Virus record (IMG/VR): IMGVR_UViG_2660238486_000009
Length of the DNA: 7,186 bases
From: a virus
Lineage: Duplodnaviria; Heunggongvirae; Uroviricota; Caudoviricetes
Strand: one strand, 5' to 3'
The position numbers were made by a program, and so were the translations under genes. The notes beneath the pieces are model-generated. The model did no database searches and was not told the origin of the DNA. It was given only the letters and a program-made list of their open reading frames with translations. The stretch's first letter is position 1; each line of letters begins with the position of its first letter. Below, piece after piece: positions 6,086 through 7,186 of this stretch.

Positions 6086-7186
6086 ATGACGACTGTAACA
6101 TCAGCCCAGGCGAATAAGCTGTATCAGGTGGCGCTTTTTACCGCTGCCAACCGCAACCGCTCGATGGTAAATATCCTCACTGAACAGCAGGAAGCGCCAA
6201 AAGCGGTTTCGCCGGACAAGAAAAGCACGAAGCAGACCAGCGCGGGTGCGCCGGTTGTCCGTATCACAGACCTTAACAAACAGGCCGGTGATGAAGTGAC
6301 CTTCAGCATCATGCACAAACTCTCAAAACGTCCGACGATGGGAGATGAGCGTGTTGAAGGTCGTGGTGAGGATCTCAGCCATGCTGACTTCTCCCTGAAA
6401 ATCAATCAGGGACGTCACCTGGTGGATGCAGGCGGACGTATGAGTCAGCAGCGCACGAAGTTTAACCTGGCATCCTCAGCCAGAACGCTTCTGGGGACGT
6501 ACTTTAATGACCTGCAGGACCAGTGTGCGATAGTGCATCTTGCTGGAGCTCGTGGTGATTTTGTTGCTGACGACACTATTCTGCCGACAGCGGAGCACCC
6601 TGAATTCAAAAAAATCATGATCAACGATGTACTGCCTCCGACACATGACCGTCACTTTTTTGGCGGTGATGCGACAAGCTTTGAGCAGATTGAAGCGGCA
6701 GATATTTTTTCTATTGGCCTGGTGGACAATCTCTCCCTGTTCATTGACGAAATGGCGCATCCGTTACAGCCGGTTCGTCTGTCCGGTGATGAACTTCACG
6801 GAGAAGATCCATATTACGTCCTGTACGTCACGCCGCGTCAGTGGAATGACTGGTACACCTCGACGTCCGGTAAGGACTGGAACCAGATGATGGTTCGTGC
6901 CGTGAACCGTGCAAAAGGTTTTAATCATCCGCTGTTCAAAGGTGAATGTGCGATGTGGCGCAATATCCTGGTTCGTAAGTATGCGGGTATGCCGATCCGT
7001 TTCTATCAGGGGTCAAAGGTTCTGGTATCAGAGAATAACCTGACGGCAACCACGAAAGAGGTCGCTGCTGCAACCAATATTGACCGCGCCATGTTACTGG
7101 GGGCTCAGGCGCTGGCAAATGCTTACGGTCAGAAGGCGGGCGGTCATGTTCACCATCGACCAGCCGCGCTATCAAAAGGCGCTTGA
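6086..7186 (+). CDS. Putative major capsid (coat) protein, 366 aa
   Basis: Last gene in the terS-terL-portal-scaffold-coat order. Strong SD AGGAG at 6071-6075, 10 nt before the ATG, and a 23-bp gap after the scaffold gene, consistent with a highly expressed structural gene. Size fits HK97-fold coat proteins. The stop codon TGA is the last three bases of the window, so downstream context is unseen. Confidence 0.65.
   Translation: MTTVTSAQANKLYQVALFTAANRNRSMVNILTEQQEAPKAVSPDKKSTKQTSAGAPVVRITDLNKQAGDEVTFSIMHKLSKRPTMGDERVEGRGEDLSHADFSLKINQGRHLVDAGGRMSQQRTKFNLASSARTLLGTYFNDLQDQCAIVHLAGARGDFVADDTILPTAEHPEFKKIMINDVLPPTHDRHFFGGDATSFEQIEAADIFSIGLVDNLSLFIDEMAHPLQPVRLSGDELHGEDPYYVLYVTPRQWNDWYTSTSGKDWNQMMVRAVNRAKGFNHPLFKGECAMWRNILVRKYAGMPIRFYQGSKVLVSENNLTATTKEVAAATNIDRAMLLGAQALANAYGQKAGGHVHHRPAALSKGA

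Noticed and set aside
6101-6890. Short ORFs inside or antisense to the coat gene (6101-6316 -, 6124-6405 -, 6476-6760 -, 6627-6890 +) and 6936-7175 -
   Set aside because: Nested within the coat ORF, which has the strongest SD in the window. No independent evidence.
1-7186. Canonical Chi site (GCTGGTGG) or its complement, defence or toxin-antitoxin system, integrase, IS element, tRNA
   Set aside because: No exact GCTGGTGG or CCACCAGC found by eye. No ORF with nuclease-toxin, methyltransferase, integrase or transposase hallmarks, and no tRNA-like cloverleaf region. The window is fully accounted for by the head and packaging genes.

Overview
This window reads as a contiguous, same-strand (+) phage or prophage DNA-packaging and head-morphogenesis module. 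The gene order matches the P22-like arrangement: putative small terminase (260-1066), large terminase (1047-2753), portal (2753-4897), scaffolding protein (5055-6062) and major capsid protein (6086-7186), preceded by a small unassigned ORF (1-204). Genes are tightly packed, with overlapping stop/start codons at two junctions and Shine-Dalgarno motifs before the large terminase, scaffold and capsid starts. I found no rRNA or tRNA genes, CRISPR array, IS element or integrase. I also see no evidence for a novel defence, toxin or other accessory system; on what the sequence shows, this is an ordinary structural operon. The signals that annotation alone does not explain are at the nucleotide level: a 4 x 12-bp GATC-containing tandem repeat and helically phased A-tracts inside the small terminase gene (a candidate pac or terminase-recognition region), an intrinsic terminator between portal and scaffold, and five same-strand copies of the Chi-like octamer CCTGGTGG. 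All functional calls are from motifs, size, order and composition read by eye; no database search was run.
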